In this document: piece after piece, positions 54,012 through 62,052 of the stretch
Layout of the letters: every line of letters begins with the position of its first letter
Numbering within the stretch: the first letter of the stretch is position 1
NCBI GenBank assembly: GCA_964607465.1
Contig: CAZSKS010000008.1
Location: 1-62,052, forward strand
Length of the DNA stretch: 62,052 nt
Reading direction: 5' to 3'
Source of the DNA: an uncultured Gemmatimonadota bacterium
Lineage (GTDB): Bacteria; Gemmatimonadota; Gemmatimonadetes; Palauibacterales; Palauibacteraceae
Notes under the pieces: generated by a model
What the model was told of the DNA's origin: nothing
The model's input: the letters and a program-made list of their open reading frames with translations, nothing else
Databases searched by the model: none
Made by a program: the position numbers and the translations under genes

Positions 54012-55133
54012 TCAGCCGCTCGTCTCCTCCAGCGCCGCCCGGGCGACGCGGAAGGCGAAGTCGTTGAAATCCTCCAGGGCGACGGCCTCGTTGCACAGGA
54101 TGACGACGCCGACCCCGGCCTCGGGCTCGAAGGCCAGGAAGCTGCGGAATCCGGCGGTGGCCCCGTTGTGCCACAGCAGCCCTGCGCCGACCGAGGTGTC
54201 CACGTGCCATCCGAGGCCGAGTTCCAGCCCGCCGCCGGCCCGGTGGTGGACCTGGTGGGAGAGGCGGGTCGCCTCCGGGAAGGGCGTGCCGTCCGGGTCC
54301 AGCTGTCCCTCGAGGAACGCCATCAGGTCGGAGGCGGTGGAGCGCAGCGCCCCGGCGCCGGCCAGGGCGTCGAAGATCCAGTAGGACACGGCCTGCGACC
54401 CGTCGTGGCCCAGCGCGAGCCGCCCGTCGGCCGAGTCGGCGTCGGCCACGTAGGTGTCGGCCAGCCCCAGCGGATCCAGCACCCGGACCCGGAGGAGCTC
54501 CGCGTAGGCCCGGCCCTCCCGCCGACCGAGGCCGTGCCCGAGCAGCCCCACGGCGAGGTTGGAGTAGAGGTACTGCGTACCCGGCGCCCGGGGGAGGGAG
54601 GCGGCGTCCAGGTAGGCATAGAGCTCCCGCTGTCCGTAGTCCCGGTAGGGGTCGTCCGGGTCGGAGGGATGGAAGTTGTCGGGCAGGCGGGGCAGGCCGG
54701 AGGTGTGGGTCGCGAGGTGTCGCAGGAGGATCGGCTGGCCCTGGTGGTCGGGCACCGAGAGCGTATCCGGGAGCAGGGTGGCGAGGGGATCGTCGAGGGC
54801 GACCCGGCCCCGGACGGCGAGATCCGCCAGGAGGAGCCCCGTGAACACCTTGCTCACCGAGGCGATCTCGAACCGCGTCGTCGCGTCCACGGGCGTGTCA
54901 TCCTGCCGGGAGGCGACGCCGAGGGGGAGGACCCGGTCGCCGCCCGGCCCGACGACGCCCACCACCAGCCCGGCGGCCTGGTGCTGGGCGCGGAACGACC
55001 GCGCCAGGTCGTCGACGCTGCTCGGGCCGGGCGTCGGCGTCGGCGAGGAGACCTCCCCGCCCGAACAGGCCGCCACCGACAGCAACGCGGCGGCCGCCAG
55101 CGCCCGGCGCAGCGCCGGGACGGGTCCTGTCAC
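54012..55133 (-). CDS. serine hydrolase, class C beta-lactamase/PBP-like lipoprotein
   Basis: Lipobox ALLSVAAC. SxxK motif FEIASVSKVFTGLLLADL, plus YSN (LYSNLAVGLLG) and a later HNGATAGF. The GTG at 55133 overlaps the upstream stop (GTGA at 55130-55133). Confidence 0.82.
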   Translation of the reverse strand: MTGPVPALRRALAAAALLSVAACSGGEVSSPTPTPGPSSVDDLARSFRAQHQAAGLVVGVVGPGGDRVLPLGVASRQDDTPVDATTRFEIASVSKVFTGLLLADLAVRGRVALDDPLATLLPDTLSVPDHQGQPILLRHLATHTSGLPRLPDNFHPSDPDDPYRDYGQRELYAYLDAASLPRAPGTQYLYSNLAVGLLGHGLGRREGRAYAELLRVRVLDPLGLADTYVADADSADGRLALGHDGSQAVSYWIFDALAGAGALRSTASDLMAFLEGQLDPDGTPFPEATRLSHQVHHRAGGGLELGLGWHVDTSVGAGLLWHNGATAGFRSFLAFEPEAGVGVVILCNEAVALEDFNDFAFRVARAALEETSG

Positions 55134-55375
55134 CCGTAGCTCAGCGTGATGCGAAAGCCGTCCTCGGTGCGCTCCTTTCGGACCCCCCGGACGGTGCGCT
55201 TCCATTCGAAGGCGTCGCTCTCCAGCTCGTCGCCGATCCTGAGCCCGAGGTCGCGGTCGGCGGTGACGGTCAGCTCACGGGCGTCGGTGTCCACCTCGCA
55301 CGGAACGTCGCTGGCGATTTCCGTCTCCTCGCCCTGCAGGTCCGTCCGGGTGACCTTCTCGAGTGTGGCGTCCAT
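55130..55375 (-). CDS. hypothetical acidic 81-aa protein
   Basis: MDATLEKVTRTDLQGEETEIASDVPCEVDTDARELTVTADRDLGLRIGDELESDAFEWKRTVRGVRKERTEDGFRITLSYG. It is translationally coupled to the hydrolase downstream. I recognise no family. Confidence 0.45.
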   Translation of the reverse strand: MDATLEKVTRTDLQGEETEIASDVPCEVDTDARELTVTADRDLGLRIGDELESDAFEWKRTVRGVRKERTEDGFRITLSYG

Positions 55376-55517
55376 GGCGTCGGGTCGGCGGGTGAGAGTG
55401 AGGCCGACGGCCCGCGGTCGTGCGCGACCGTCCGTCGGATCGTCGGGTTCGGTCCCTGCAATGGTTGTCGCGACGGGGGCTTTCGCGCCAGGATCGGCCG
55501 GAGTCCCGCCGCCGGGG

Positions 55518-55754
55518 TCAGCGCCCCCGGTCCTGCTCCATGGCCCGCTCCAGCCAGCGACGGAGCTCCTCGTCGTCGAACCGGTGGAGGGGCTTGGCCT
55601 CCGGGCAGGCCACGGTGTGCTCTTCCGTCTCGCTCCGGAAGTGCAGCCTCGGGTCGCCGCCCGACGTCGCCGCGACGTCGGCGCCGTCGCCCGCCGTGAG
55701 GCTCACCCACCAGGTCCTGTCGTCCGATGGATCCGTCCACCTGCGCTCCGACAT
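55518..55754 (-). CDS. hypothetical 78-aa protein
   Basis: ATG at 55754 with a GGGGAG SD: MSERRWTDPSDDRTWWVSLTAGDG...HFRSETEEHTVACPEAKPLHRFDDEELRRWLERAMEQDRGR. I recognise no family. Confidence 0.4.
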   Translation of the reverse strand: MSERRWTDPSDDRTWWVSLTAGDGADVAATSGGDPRLHFRSETEEHTVACPEAKPLHRFDDEELRRWLERAMEQDRGR

Positions 55755-55914
55755 GGTCGGCTCCCCTTCGAAGGGAGGTGCCTCGGGTCTCCGGCCGAGA
55801 GGCGCGTCGGCCGCCGGAGTCCCGGCGATCCTCGTACGGAAGATAACGGAGTCGGCCCTCCCACGCTGGATCCCCACCGCTCGATCCACCTCGTCCGACA
55901 CGGGCCGTCGCCGG

Positions 55915-56559
55915 CTACTCCGGCGGCCATTCGGCTCCCTGGTGCGCGCCGTGGTTCGTCCGCCGATCGTACGCGTCCTCCCGCTCGCGGTACCGGTCCA
56001 GGATCCGGTGGGCGAGCGAGTTCGCCTGCTCCTCCATGCCGTCGCAGCGATCCAGCCGGAGGGAGCGAAGCCGGCGGAGGATGTCCCGGGCCGCCCGGGC
56101 ACCGATGTCGCGGTGACCGTACTCGTGTTCCCGGAGCGCGGCCACGTACGCCCTCCAGTCGGCGACGAGCGTCGGATCGGCGTCGTCGGGAGGATCCCAG
56201 CGGGGGAGGCGCACCCGGGACCGGAAGGAGACGTCGACCGTCTGCATCCTGCATTCTCCGCTCACCACGGCGTAGTTGTATCGCCAATGCACGTGCCACG
56301 TCGTGTATCCGGACCACGATTTCCCGTCCACTTCCGGCCCCTCGTCCCAGATCGATTGCCGAAGCTCCGCGGCCGTGGAGCCCGTGACCCGGTACGGGAC
56401 CTCCCGCTCGTCGGTGTCGATCTCCCGGGGCAGGGGCACGTCCGCGACCAGCCCCTGGCCGCTGGCCGGTCCGACCGGGGCTCCGGCCACCAGCAGCGCC
56501 GCCGCGAGCAGCGGCAGGACATGCGGCCGTGAGGACGGCTGCCTTCGCTGCGCTTCCAT
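55915..56559 (-). CDS. secreted DUF922-type putative Zn-metalloprotease
   Basis: Signal peptide HVLPLLAAALLVAGAPVGPASGQ. YTTWHVHWRY...C...RLPRW... and the HExxH motif REHEYGHRDI fit my memory of DUF922. I chose the ATG at 56559. Confidence 0.7.
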   Translation of the reverse strand: MEAQRRQPSSRPHVLPLLAAALLVAGAPVGPASGQGLVADVPLPREIDTDEREVPYRVTGSTAAELRQSIWDEGPEVDGKSWSGYTTWHVHWRYNYAVVSGECRMQTVDVSFRSRVRLPRWDPPDDADPTLVADWRAYVAALREHEYGHRDIGARAARDILRRLRSLRLDRCDGMEEQANSLAHRILDRYREREDAYDRRTNHGAHQGAEWPPE

Positions 56560-56797
56560 CGTGGGGGTCTCCCCGGTCGGACGTCGTACGGATGGCGATG
56601 TCGCGGACGCGTCCAGGAACGGCCCCGCGACCCATCGGGCGTCGCCGCCCGAACCTACGGGGTCCGCCATAGGGAGGACAGCCGGGGGCACGGGGCCCAC
56701 CGAACCTGGGGCACGAAACGCTTGACCTGTGGGCCCCGGGAGCGGAATGTGGACGGCCCCCACGCGACTGGACGCCTCCAGACGGGAAGCGGAAGCG

Positions 56798-59158
56798 ATG
56801 AGCCCAGCCGATTCGGAGCCGACGGAACCGGCCGGCCCGGGGCCGGAGGTCGCCGCCCCGGGGGACGCCGCCCCGGGGGATGCCGCTCCGACCGAGACGC
56901 CGGCCGACGTCGACCTCCGGAAGCCGGAGCAGGCCGAGGAGGCCGGGCTCACGGGCGCCCGGCGCGTGCCCCGCTTCGGGACCTTCGGGGGCGTCTTCAC
57001 CCCCACGCTCCTCACCATCCTCGGCGTCATCATGTTCCTCCGGGAAGGGTGGGTGGTGGGCAACGCCGGCATCCTGGGCGGCGCGGCCATCATCGTCCTC
57101 TCCTTCGGGATCACGGCCTGCACCGCCCTGTCGATGTCCTCCATCACCACCAACATCCGGATCGGGGCGGGCGGGGCCTACGCCATCGTCGCCCAGTCGC
57201 TGGGGCTCGAGATCGGGGGCGCGCTGGGCATCCCCCAGTACCTGTCCCAGGCCCTGGCGGTGACCATGTACGTCTTCGGCTTCCGGGAGGGGTGGCTGTG
57301 GATCTTCCCGGAGCACCCGGCCTTCGTGGTCGACCTGGTGATCTTCCTGGCGCTGTTCGGGATCGCCTACTGGAGCGCCGACCTGGCCATCCGGGTGCAG
57401 TACGTGATCATGGCGGTGATCGCCGCGGCCCTCGTCTCCATCGGGATGGCGGCCCTGGACGGCTCCATGCAGCACCCGGTCTCCGACGTGGGCTGGTGGG
57501 GCTCCTTCCCCGGCAGTCCCGAGGACGGGTTCCAGGGCACGGACTTCTGGAAGGTGTTCGCCGTCTTCTTCCCCGCGGCGACGGGTATCATGGCGGGCGC
57601 CAACATGTCCGGCGAGCTGAAGGATCCGAAGAGGAGCATCCCGGCGGGCACGATGGCGGCCATCGGCGTGAGCCTGGTCGTCTACCTGGCCCTGGCCTAC
57701 TGGCTGGCCCGCTCGGCCACCCCCGGCGAGCTGGTCTCCAACTACACCGTGATGATCGACAAGGCCTTCTGGGGACCGCCGGTGCTGGCGGGGCTGCTGG
57801 GAGCCACCTTCTCCTCGGGGCTGGCTTCGCTGGTCGGCTCGAGTCGCATCCTCATGGCCATGGGCGAGCACCGGGTCCTGCCCGGCGGCGAGTGGCTGGG
57901 GCGTCGGACGAAGGCCGGCGAGCCCCGCAACGCGATGCTCGTGACCGGCGTCATCCTGTTCCTCTCCATGCTGCTCCGCGACCTGAACGCCGTGGCGCCG
58001 CTGATCACGATGTTCTTCCTCATCACCTACGCGATGCTGAACGGCGTGCTGCTGCTGGAGCAGAGCCTGGGCCTGCTCAGCTTCCGGCCCCGCCTGGAGG
58101 TGCCGCGCATCGTGCCCCTGCTGGGCCTGGTGGGCTCGCTCTTCGCCATGTTCATCATCAACGCCACGATCAGCTGGGTCTCCCTGGTCGTCGTGCTGGC
58201 GTTCTACGGCGCTCTCCTCCGGCGTCGGCTGGAGGCGCCCTTCGCCGACGTCCGCAGCGGGTTGTTCGTGGCCCTGGCCGAGTGGGCGGCGGAGAAGGTA
58301 ACGCAGCTCCCGACACGGCAGGAGCGGGCCTGGAAGCCGAACCTGCTGGTCCCCGTGGACGACCCGCGGGAGCTGCGGGGCACCTACCAGATCCTGGAGG
58401 CGGTGGCCCGGCCCCACGGCACGGTGAGCCTGGTGGGGCTGGCGGCCGACGCCGAGGCGGAGGAGGGCCTGCTCCGGCGGCTGCGGGGGACGGCGGGCTC
58501 CTTCCGCGAGCGAGGGGTCTCGTCCCGGACCACCGTCATCCGCTCGCCGGGTCTGGTGGAGGAGGGCGGCTTCGCCGAGTCGGTGACCGCGGGCATGCAG
58601 GCGCTGCGCGGCGCCTTCTTCCGGCCCAACGTGGTCTTCCTGCGGATGCCGGCCCGCCCCGGCCGGCGGGACTCGATCCGGCGCATCGTCGGAGAGGCCG
58701 ACCGGGAGCACATCGGTGTCCTCCTCTACGCGCCCCACGCCGTGACCGGGCTGGGCCAGCGGGAGTCGGTGAACATCTGGATCCGGGACCGGGCCCCGGA
58801 CTGGCGCATCTCGTGGGACATCGGGAACCTGGACCTCTCGATCCTCATCGGGTTGCTGGTGGCCCGGAACTGGGGCGCGGACCTCCGGCTGCTGATGGCC
58901 GCCGAGGAGGAGAGCCACCTGGACGACGCCCGGTCCTTCCTGGACGACCTGGTGGAGCTGGCCCGCCTCCATCGCGCGACCACGGTGGTGGAGGCCGGCT
59001 CCTTCCGGGACTTCGTGGACCGGGCCCCGCGGGCCGACCTTAGCGTCTTCGGGCTGGTGCGGGATCCGGACTTCGCCTTCATCGAGGAGATGCGGGAGCG
59101 GAGCGGGTCGAGCTGCCTCTTCGTCCGGGACTCCGGCCTGGAGAGCGCGCTGGCCTGA
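56798..59158 (+). CDS. cation-chloride cotransporter (SLC12/CCC) family homologue, APC superfamily, with a large cytoplasmic C-terminal domain
   Basis: FGTFGGVFTPTLLTILGVIMFLREGWVVGNAGILGG...TTNIRIGAGGAYAIVAQSLGLEIGGALGIPQYLSQALAVTMYVFGF...FFPAATGIMAGANMSGELKDPKRSIP are CCC-type TM1/TM3/TM6 signatures. There are about 12 TM helices followed by a ~330-aa soluble domain. The start is uncertain (ATG at 56798 chosen). Confidence 0.8.
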   Translation: MSPADSEPTEPAGPGPEVAAPGDAAPGDAAPTETPADVDLRKPEQAEEAGLTGARRVPRFGTFGGVFTPTLLTILGVIMFLREGWVVGNAGILGGAAIIVLSFGITACTALSMSSITTNIRIGAGGAYAIVAQSLGLEIGGALGIPQYLSQALAVTMYVFGFREGWLWIFPEHPAFVVDLVIFLALFGIAYWSADLAIRVQYVIMAVIAAALVSIGMAALDGSMQHPVSDVGWWGSFPGSPEDGFQGTDFWKVFAVFFPAATGIMAGANMSGELKDPKRSIPAGTMAAIGVSLVVYLALAYWLARSATPGELVSNYTVMIDKAFWGPPVLAGLLGATFSSGLASLVGSSRILMAMGEHRVLPGGEWLGRRTKAGEPRNAMLVTGVILFLSMLLRDLNAVAPLITMFFLITYAMLNGVLLLEQSLGLLSFRPRLEVPRIVPLLGLVGSLFAMFIINATISWVSLVVVLAFYGALLRRRLEAPFADVRSGLFVALAEWAAEKVTQLPTRQERAWKPNLLVPVDDPRELRGTYQILEAVARPHGTVSLVGLAADAEAEEGLLRRLRGTAGSFRERGVSSRTTVIRSPGLVEEGGFAESVTAGMQALRGAFFRPNVVFLRMPARPGRRDSIRRIVGEADREHIGVLLYAPHAVTGLGQRESVNIWIRDRAPDWRISWDIGNLDLSILIGLLVARNWGADLRLLMAAEEESHLDDARSFLDDLVELARLHRATTVVEAGSFRDFVDRAPRADLSVFGLVRDPDFAFIEEMRERSGSSCLFVRDSGLESALA

Positions 59159-59163
59159 CGGGG

Positions 59164-59490
59164 TCAGCCGCCCCCGTCGCCCTCCCGGTCCCGCGTCCGG
59201 TCGCGGTAGAAGCCGTATCCGATCCCCGCCACGGTGAGGAAGGTGACGGTGATCATCAGGAGCACCGCCCAGATGGCGGCCTCCTCGAAGCCGCCGCCGG
59301 GTCCCAGCGCCACCCGGACCAGGACGACGACCTCCACCAGCACGACGACGACGGCGCCTGTGCCCAGCGCCAGTCCCAGGGACCGGCGGTCCGTGGGGTC
59401 CGGCTCGTCCGACGTGGGCCGGCGGCCGCCTTCGCCCTCGCCCCGGTCCGGGCCGGGGTCCGGCCGCGGCCGGTCGCTTCGATCGCTCAC
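59164..59490 (-). CDS. hypothetical two-TM protein with a charged Pro/Asp/Arg-rich N-terminus
   Basis: GTG at 59490 with a GAGGAGG SD: ...RRSLGLALGTGAVVVVLVEVVVLVRVALGPGGGFEEAAIWAVLLMITVTFLTVAGIGYGFYRDRTRDREGDGGG. It lies immediately downstream of the patatin-Omp85 gene. Confidence 0.45.
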   Translation of the reverse strand: MSDRSDRPRPDPGPDRGEGEGGRRPTSDEPDPTDRRSLGLALGTGAVVVVLVEVVVLVRVALGPGGGFEEAAIWAVLLMITVTFLTVAGIGYGFYRDRTRDREGDGGG

Positions 59491-59504
59491 GGTGCCTCCT
59501 CGTC

Positions 59505-61808
59505 TCAGAACAGACCTCCGGCTTCCACTGCCAGCCTGGGCCCGCCGGAGCCCGTCGCCTCCGCCACCGAGAGGCGGACCGGGCCGAGCGGGGTCCGCAC
59601 GCCGGCGCCCAGCTCGAAACCGTGCGTCCAGTCCGAGGGGCGGACGCTGCCGTCCGCCCCCACGTCGCCGCCGGTCCAGCCGGCGGACAGGTAGAGGTCC
59701 GAGCCGACCAGCACCTGCAATCCCGCCTCCGCGCGCTGGAGCTTCTCCCCCCGCAGCTCGTGGGGCGCCAGCCCCGGGAGTGTCGGCCGTCGCCGCGGGC
59801 TCACGCGGTCGGGCACGGTGCCTCCGAGGAAGAAGGTACGGTGAAGAGGGGGCGCGTCGCCCGCCGTCGAGCCGGCCGTCGCCCGCAGAGAGGCCGTCCA
59901 GCGCTCGCTCAGCGGCACGTGGAGCGCGAGATCTCCCCAGCTCTGGACCAGCTCGCGATCGGCGCTTCCCACCCCGGCGACCGCCTCCACCCGCAGGTCC
60001 ACGTGGAGCCCCGAGCGGGTGAAGGCGAGCCGGTCCCGGCTGTCGTAGGTGGCCAGCACGGCGGCGGTGGTCAGCCAGCCGCCGGCCTCCGGGGGAGGGG
60101 CGCCCTCCTCCGGGTCGACGTCGTACCACTCGGCGCCGCCCTCCACCCCGACGACCGCCCGTCGCCCCAGGAGCCGGCCCACGAGCAGCTTGCCCTCCAC
60201 GACCTCGGGGCTCACGTCCCGGGGGGGCACTCCCTCCGGATCACGCAGCTCCAGGGGCGTGCGCCGGTAGCCGGCCCGCAGCCCCACCAGGAACCCCGGG
60301 GCGAAGGCGGGCTGGTAGCGCTGTCGTCCCTCGAAATGAAGCTGCTCGCCCAGTCGGGCGTCCACCCGGGCGAACGAGCCGAAGCCGGGGAAGCGCGGCA
60401 GGTCCACGGAGAAGAGCACGGCGGCCGTGCGGTGGGAATCGAAGCGCAGCCCGGCCCGGAGCTCCCGCCGACCCTCCGGCGTCGTCTCCACGACCAGCGT
60501 CCGGCGCGGGGGCCCGTCCTCCGCCCGGTCGGTCCGGGCGGGCGGAGCCTCCTCCAGGCGGTAGCTGACCCGCGAGAAGAGCCCGGCGTCGTACAGCCGG
60601 CCCACCTCCCGGTCGATCCGCGCGACGGTGGTCCCGCCGTCCGGGGGGAGGGCCATGATGCGACGGAGGTAGCGGGCCCTGCCCGGGGGCTGCCGGGGAA
60701 AGCGGATCCCGGCGATCACCACCGAGTCCGAGCGCGGGACGAGGTCCGGCGTCGGGCGCCCGTCCGACGGGCCGGCCCGGGCCGCCAGCGCCCGCAGCGT
60801 GTCCTCGTGGAGCCGGGCGGCGGAGTCGCCACGCCGGATCCAGCTCTCCGCCCGGTCGAAGGAGTAGCGTCCGAGCCCGTCCAGCTCCGGCCGGACCACC
60901 ACGTCGCACAGCTCCCGCTGCCGCTCCGCCTCCCGCACCGTCCGGAAAGAGATCGTCTGGGTCAGGACCTCGAGGAAGGTGCGGAGGCTGTCGGCGGGCT
61001 CCAGCGGCTCGGTGACGTCGCTGCAGACGACGACGTCGGCCCCGAGCCGACGGACGTCCTCCGCCGGCAGGTTCCGGGAGACGCCCCCGTCCACCAGGTA
61101 GCGGTCGTCCAGCCGCACCGGCGTGAAGAGGCTCGGGATGGCCAGGCTGGCGCGGACGGCCAGGGGCAGGGAGCCCCGCTCCAGGGGCACGGCCTCGCCC
61201 GTCTCCAGGTCGGTGGCCAGCGTGACGAAGGGGACGGGGAGGTCGCGGAACGCCTCGATGGGGTGGACGTGCCAGGTGAGGCGGGTCAGCAGCTGCGTGA
61301 CCCGCTGCCCCGAGACGAGGCCGGTCGGAAGTGTCGGCCGGCCGCTGCGCAGCGGGAGGGAGATCGCGTGGCGATCGGCCTCGGGCGCCGTCCAGGGCCA
61401 GGAGGCGCCGGCGGTCTCGGTCTCGGAGAAGAAGGCGCCCCAGTCCCGTCCCACGGCCAGCCGCTCCAGCTCGTCGGGCCCGTAGCCCGCGGCGTGCAGG
61501 GCCCCGACCACCGCCCCCATGCTCACGCCGGCCACGGCGGCCACGGGCACGTCCATCGCCTCCAGGGCCCGAAGCACGCCCACGTGGGCGAACCCCCGGG
61601 CGGAGCCGCCGCTGAGGGCGACGCCGATCCGGACCGCGCTGTCGCCCCGGGCGACGGATCCGGGCCCGTCGTCGGGGGCCTGGCCGGCGGCCGGCGCTCC
61701 CGCGAGGCACGCCAGCAGGAGCGCGGAGAGGAGGACGCCTCCCCGCGCCGTCGGGGACGACGCGCCGGCCGGGCGGCTCCGGCGCCCGTCCGGGGCCCGC
61801 TCCCTCAC
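59505..61808 (-). CDS. patatin-like phospholipase fused to a POTRA/Omp85-type beta-barrel (PlpD-like, type Vd secretion)
   Basis: Signal peptide VLLSALLLACLAGAPAAGQA. Patatin motifs: GVALSGGSARGFAHVGVLRALE (oxyanion G-G-x-R/K-G), GVSMGAVVG (GxSxG) and LVDGGVSRNLP (Asp of the dyad). The C-terminal ~450 aa is beta-rich and ends in ...LAVEAGGLF (terminal aromatic). The GTG start overlaps the upstream stop (GTGA at 61805-61808). Confidence 0.85.
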   Translation of the reverse strand: MRERAPDGRRSRPAGASSPTARGGVLLSALLLACLAGAPAAGQAPDDGPGSVARGDSAVRIGVALSGGSARGFAHVGVLRALEAMDVPVAAVAGVSMGAVVGALHAAGYGPDELERLAVGRDWGAFFSETETAGASWPWTAPEADRHAISLPLRSGRPTLPTGLVSGQRVTQLLTRLTWHVHPIEAFRDLPVPFVTLATDLETGEAVPLERGSLPLAVRASLAIPSLFTPVRLDDRYLVDGGVSRNLPAEDVRRLGADVVVCSDVTEPLEPADSLRTFLEVLTQTISFRTVREAERQRELCDVVVRPELDGLGRYSFDRAESWIRRGDSAARLHEDTLRALAARAGPSDGRPTPDLVPRSDSVVIAGIRFPRQPPGRARYLRRIMALPPDGGTTVARIDREVGRLYDAGLFSRVSYRLEEAPPARTDRAEDGPPRRTLVVETTPEGRRELRAGLRFDSHRTAAVLFSVDLPRFPGFGSFARVDARLGEQLHFEGRQRYQPAFAPGFLVGLRAGYRRTPLELRDPEGVPPRDVSPEVVEGKLLVGRLLGRRAVVGVEGGAEWYDVDPEEGAPPPEAGGWLTTAAVLATYDSRDRLAFTRSGLHVDLRVEAVAGVGSADRELVQSWGDLALHVPLSERWTASLRATAGSTAGDAPPLHRTFFLGGTVPDRVSPRRRPTLPGLAPHELRGEKLQRAEAGLQVLVGSDLYLSAGWTGGDVGADGSVRPSDWTHGFELGAGVRTPLGPVRLSVAEATGSGGPRLAVEAGGLF

Positions 61809-62052
61809 GACGCCGGCTCCGCCGCCCGGCGGGCCCGCGCCTCCTCCTCGCGGGCGACCCGTCGCCCCTCCTCCACGTCCACCCGGTAGAGCAGAACGCC
61901 CCCGATCACGAACAGGCCGGCGACCATGAGGATGGCGTTCCGGCTGGAGCCGGTCAGCGAGACCGTCGCCGTGAAGAGGGCCGGCCCGAAGATGCCCGCG
62001 AACTTCTCCATCACGCCGTAGAAGCCGAAGAACTCGCCGCTCTTGTGGCCGG
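61805..62052 (-). CDS. MFS transporter (UMF1/Atg22-like), C-terminal fragment truncated by the window edge
   Basis: The frame is open to the right edge: ...GHKSGEFFGFYGVMEKFAGIFGPALFTATVSLTGSSRNAILMVAGLFVIGGVLLYRV. The FGFYG..EKFA pattern resembles UMF1-family MFS proteins. Confidence 0.6.
   Translation of the reverse strand, partial: GHKSGEFFGFYGVMEKFAGIFGPALFTATVSLTGSSRNAILMVAGLFVIGGVLLYRVDVEEGRRVAREEEARARRAAEPAS

Noticed and set aside
1-62052. Mobile elements, prophage, CRISPR arrays or recognisable defence systems.
   Set aside because: I found no integrase, transposase or recombinase, no Cas or restriction-type motifs, no spaced direct-repeat array, and no compositional island apart from short AT-rich promoter stretches. 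The window reads as core chromosome with stress, respiration and housekeeping genes.

Overview
62 kb of very GC-rich (about 72%) bacterial chromosome. It is probably from a diderm, because it encodes an Omp85-type barrel, a sigma54-dependent regulator and lipoprotein signal peptides. SD-like GGAGG sites are frequent and neighbouring genes often share 4-nt GTGA/ATGA stop/start overlaps. I support about 60 CDS. No rRNA, tRNA, CRISPR array, transposase or integrase was recognised. Because of the GC content, most long ORFs in the six-frame track are antisense or out-of-frame shadows of real genes (Arg/Pro/Gly-rich translations) and I rejected them.

Gene content, left to right:
- A canonical ba3-type (B-family) cytochrome oxidase cluster: small TM subunit, CuA subunit II, subunit I. 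It is followed by a membrane-anchored cytochrome c'-like protein and an MgtC/DUF4010 protein.
- A stress/dormancy-like block at 4.7-21.9 kb. It holds two CBS-pair proteins, a coiled-coil protein, two tandem paralogous CxxC...HxxC mini-proteins, OsmC, Hsp20, an HPF-cold-shock-domain fusion, a 48-aa membrane peptide, a 2917-aa cyclic beta-1,2-glucan synthase (NdvB/Cgs type), two tandem-USP proteins and a His-bearing polytopic membrane protein.
- Heme O synthase, transcribed divergently from an Fe-S-type Rrf2 regulator. The regulator heads a second, divergent oxidase cluster (small TM, CuA subunit II, subunit I, small TM).
- An M28 peptidase, then an orphan NtrC-type regulator followed by a good sigma54 promoter in front of ytxH-yihY.
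- Housekeeping genes: smpB, an amidase, pyrK-pyrD-pyrF, and purE-purK.
- A quinone oxidoreductase, a large acyl-CoA dehydrogenase and a VOC dioxygenase.
- An OpuC-type ABC importer divergent from an orphan egtD.
- A haloalkane dehalogenase, DUF488, a beta-carbonic anhydrase and YceI.
- A PAS-GGDEF-EAL protein, a serine hydrolase, a DUF922 protease and a bacterial cation-chloride-cotransporter homologue.
- A patatin-Omp85 (type Vd) protein and a truncated MFS gene at the right edge.

The observations I think most deserve follow-up:
1. The second oxidase subunit I keeps all six metal/heme histidines but has Gln where the cross-linked Tyr should be, and it sits behind an NsrR-like regulator. It is a candidate B-family-derived nitric oxide reductase.
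2. A conserved promoter-like motif, ACAGAC-N18-TAnnnT, lies in the correct orientation in front of four stress transcription units. An upstream 13-mer, GATCTCCC(C/G)ACAG, accompanies it.
3. A near-consensus sigma54 promoter lies next to the orphan enhancer-binding protein.
4. Two copies of a GTACGTACGTAC-cored palindrome sit in convergent intergenic gaps.

All functional calls come from my own reading of the translations. No database search was run.
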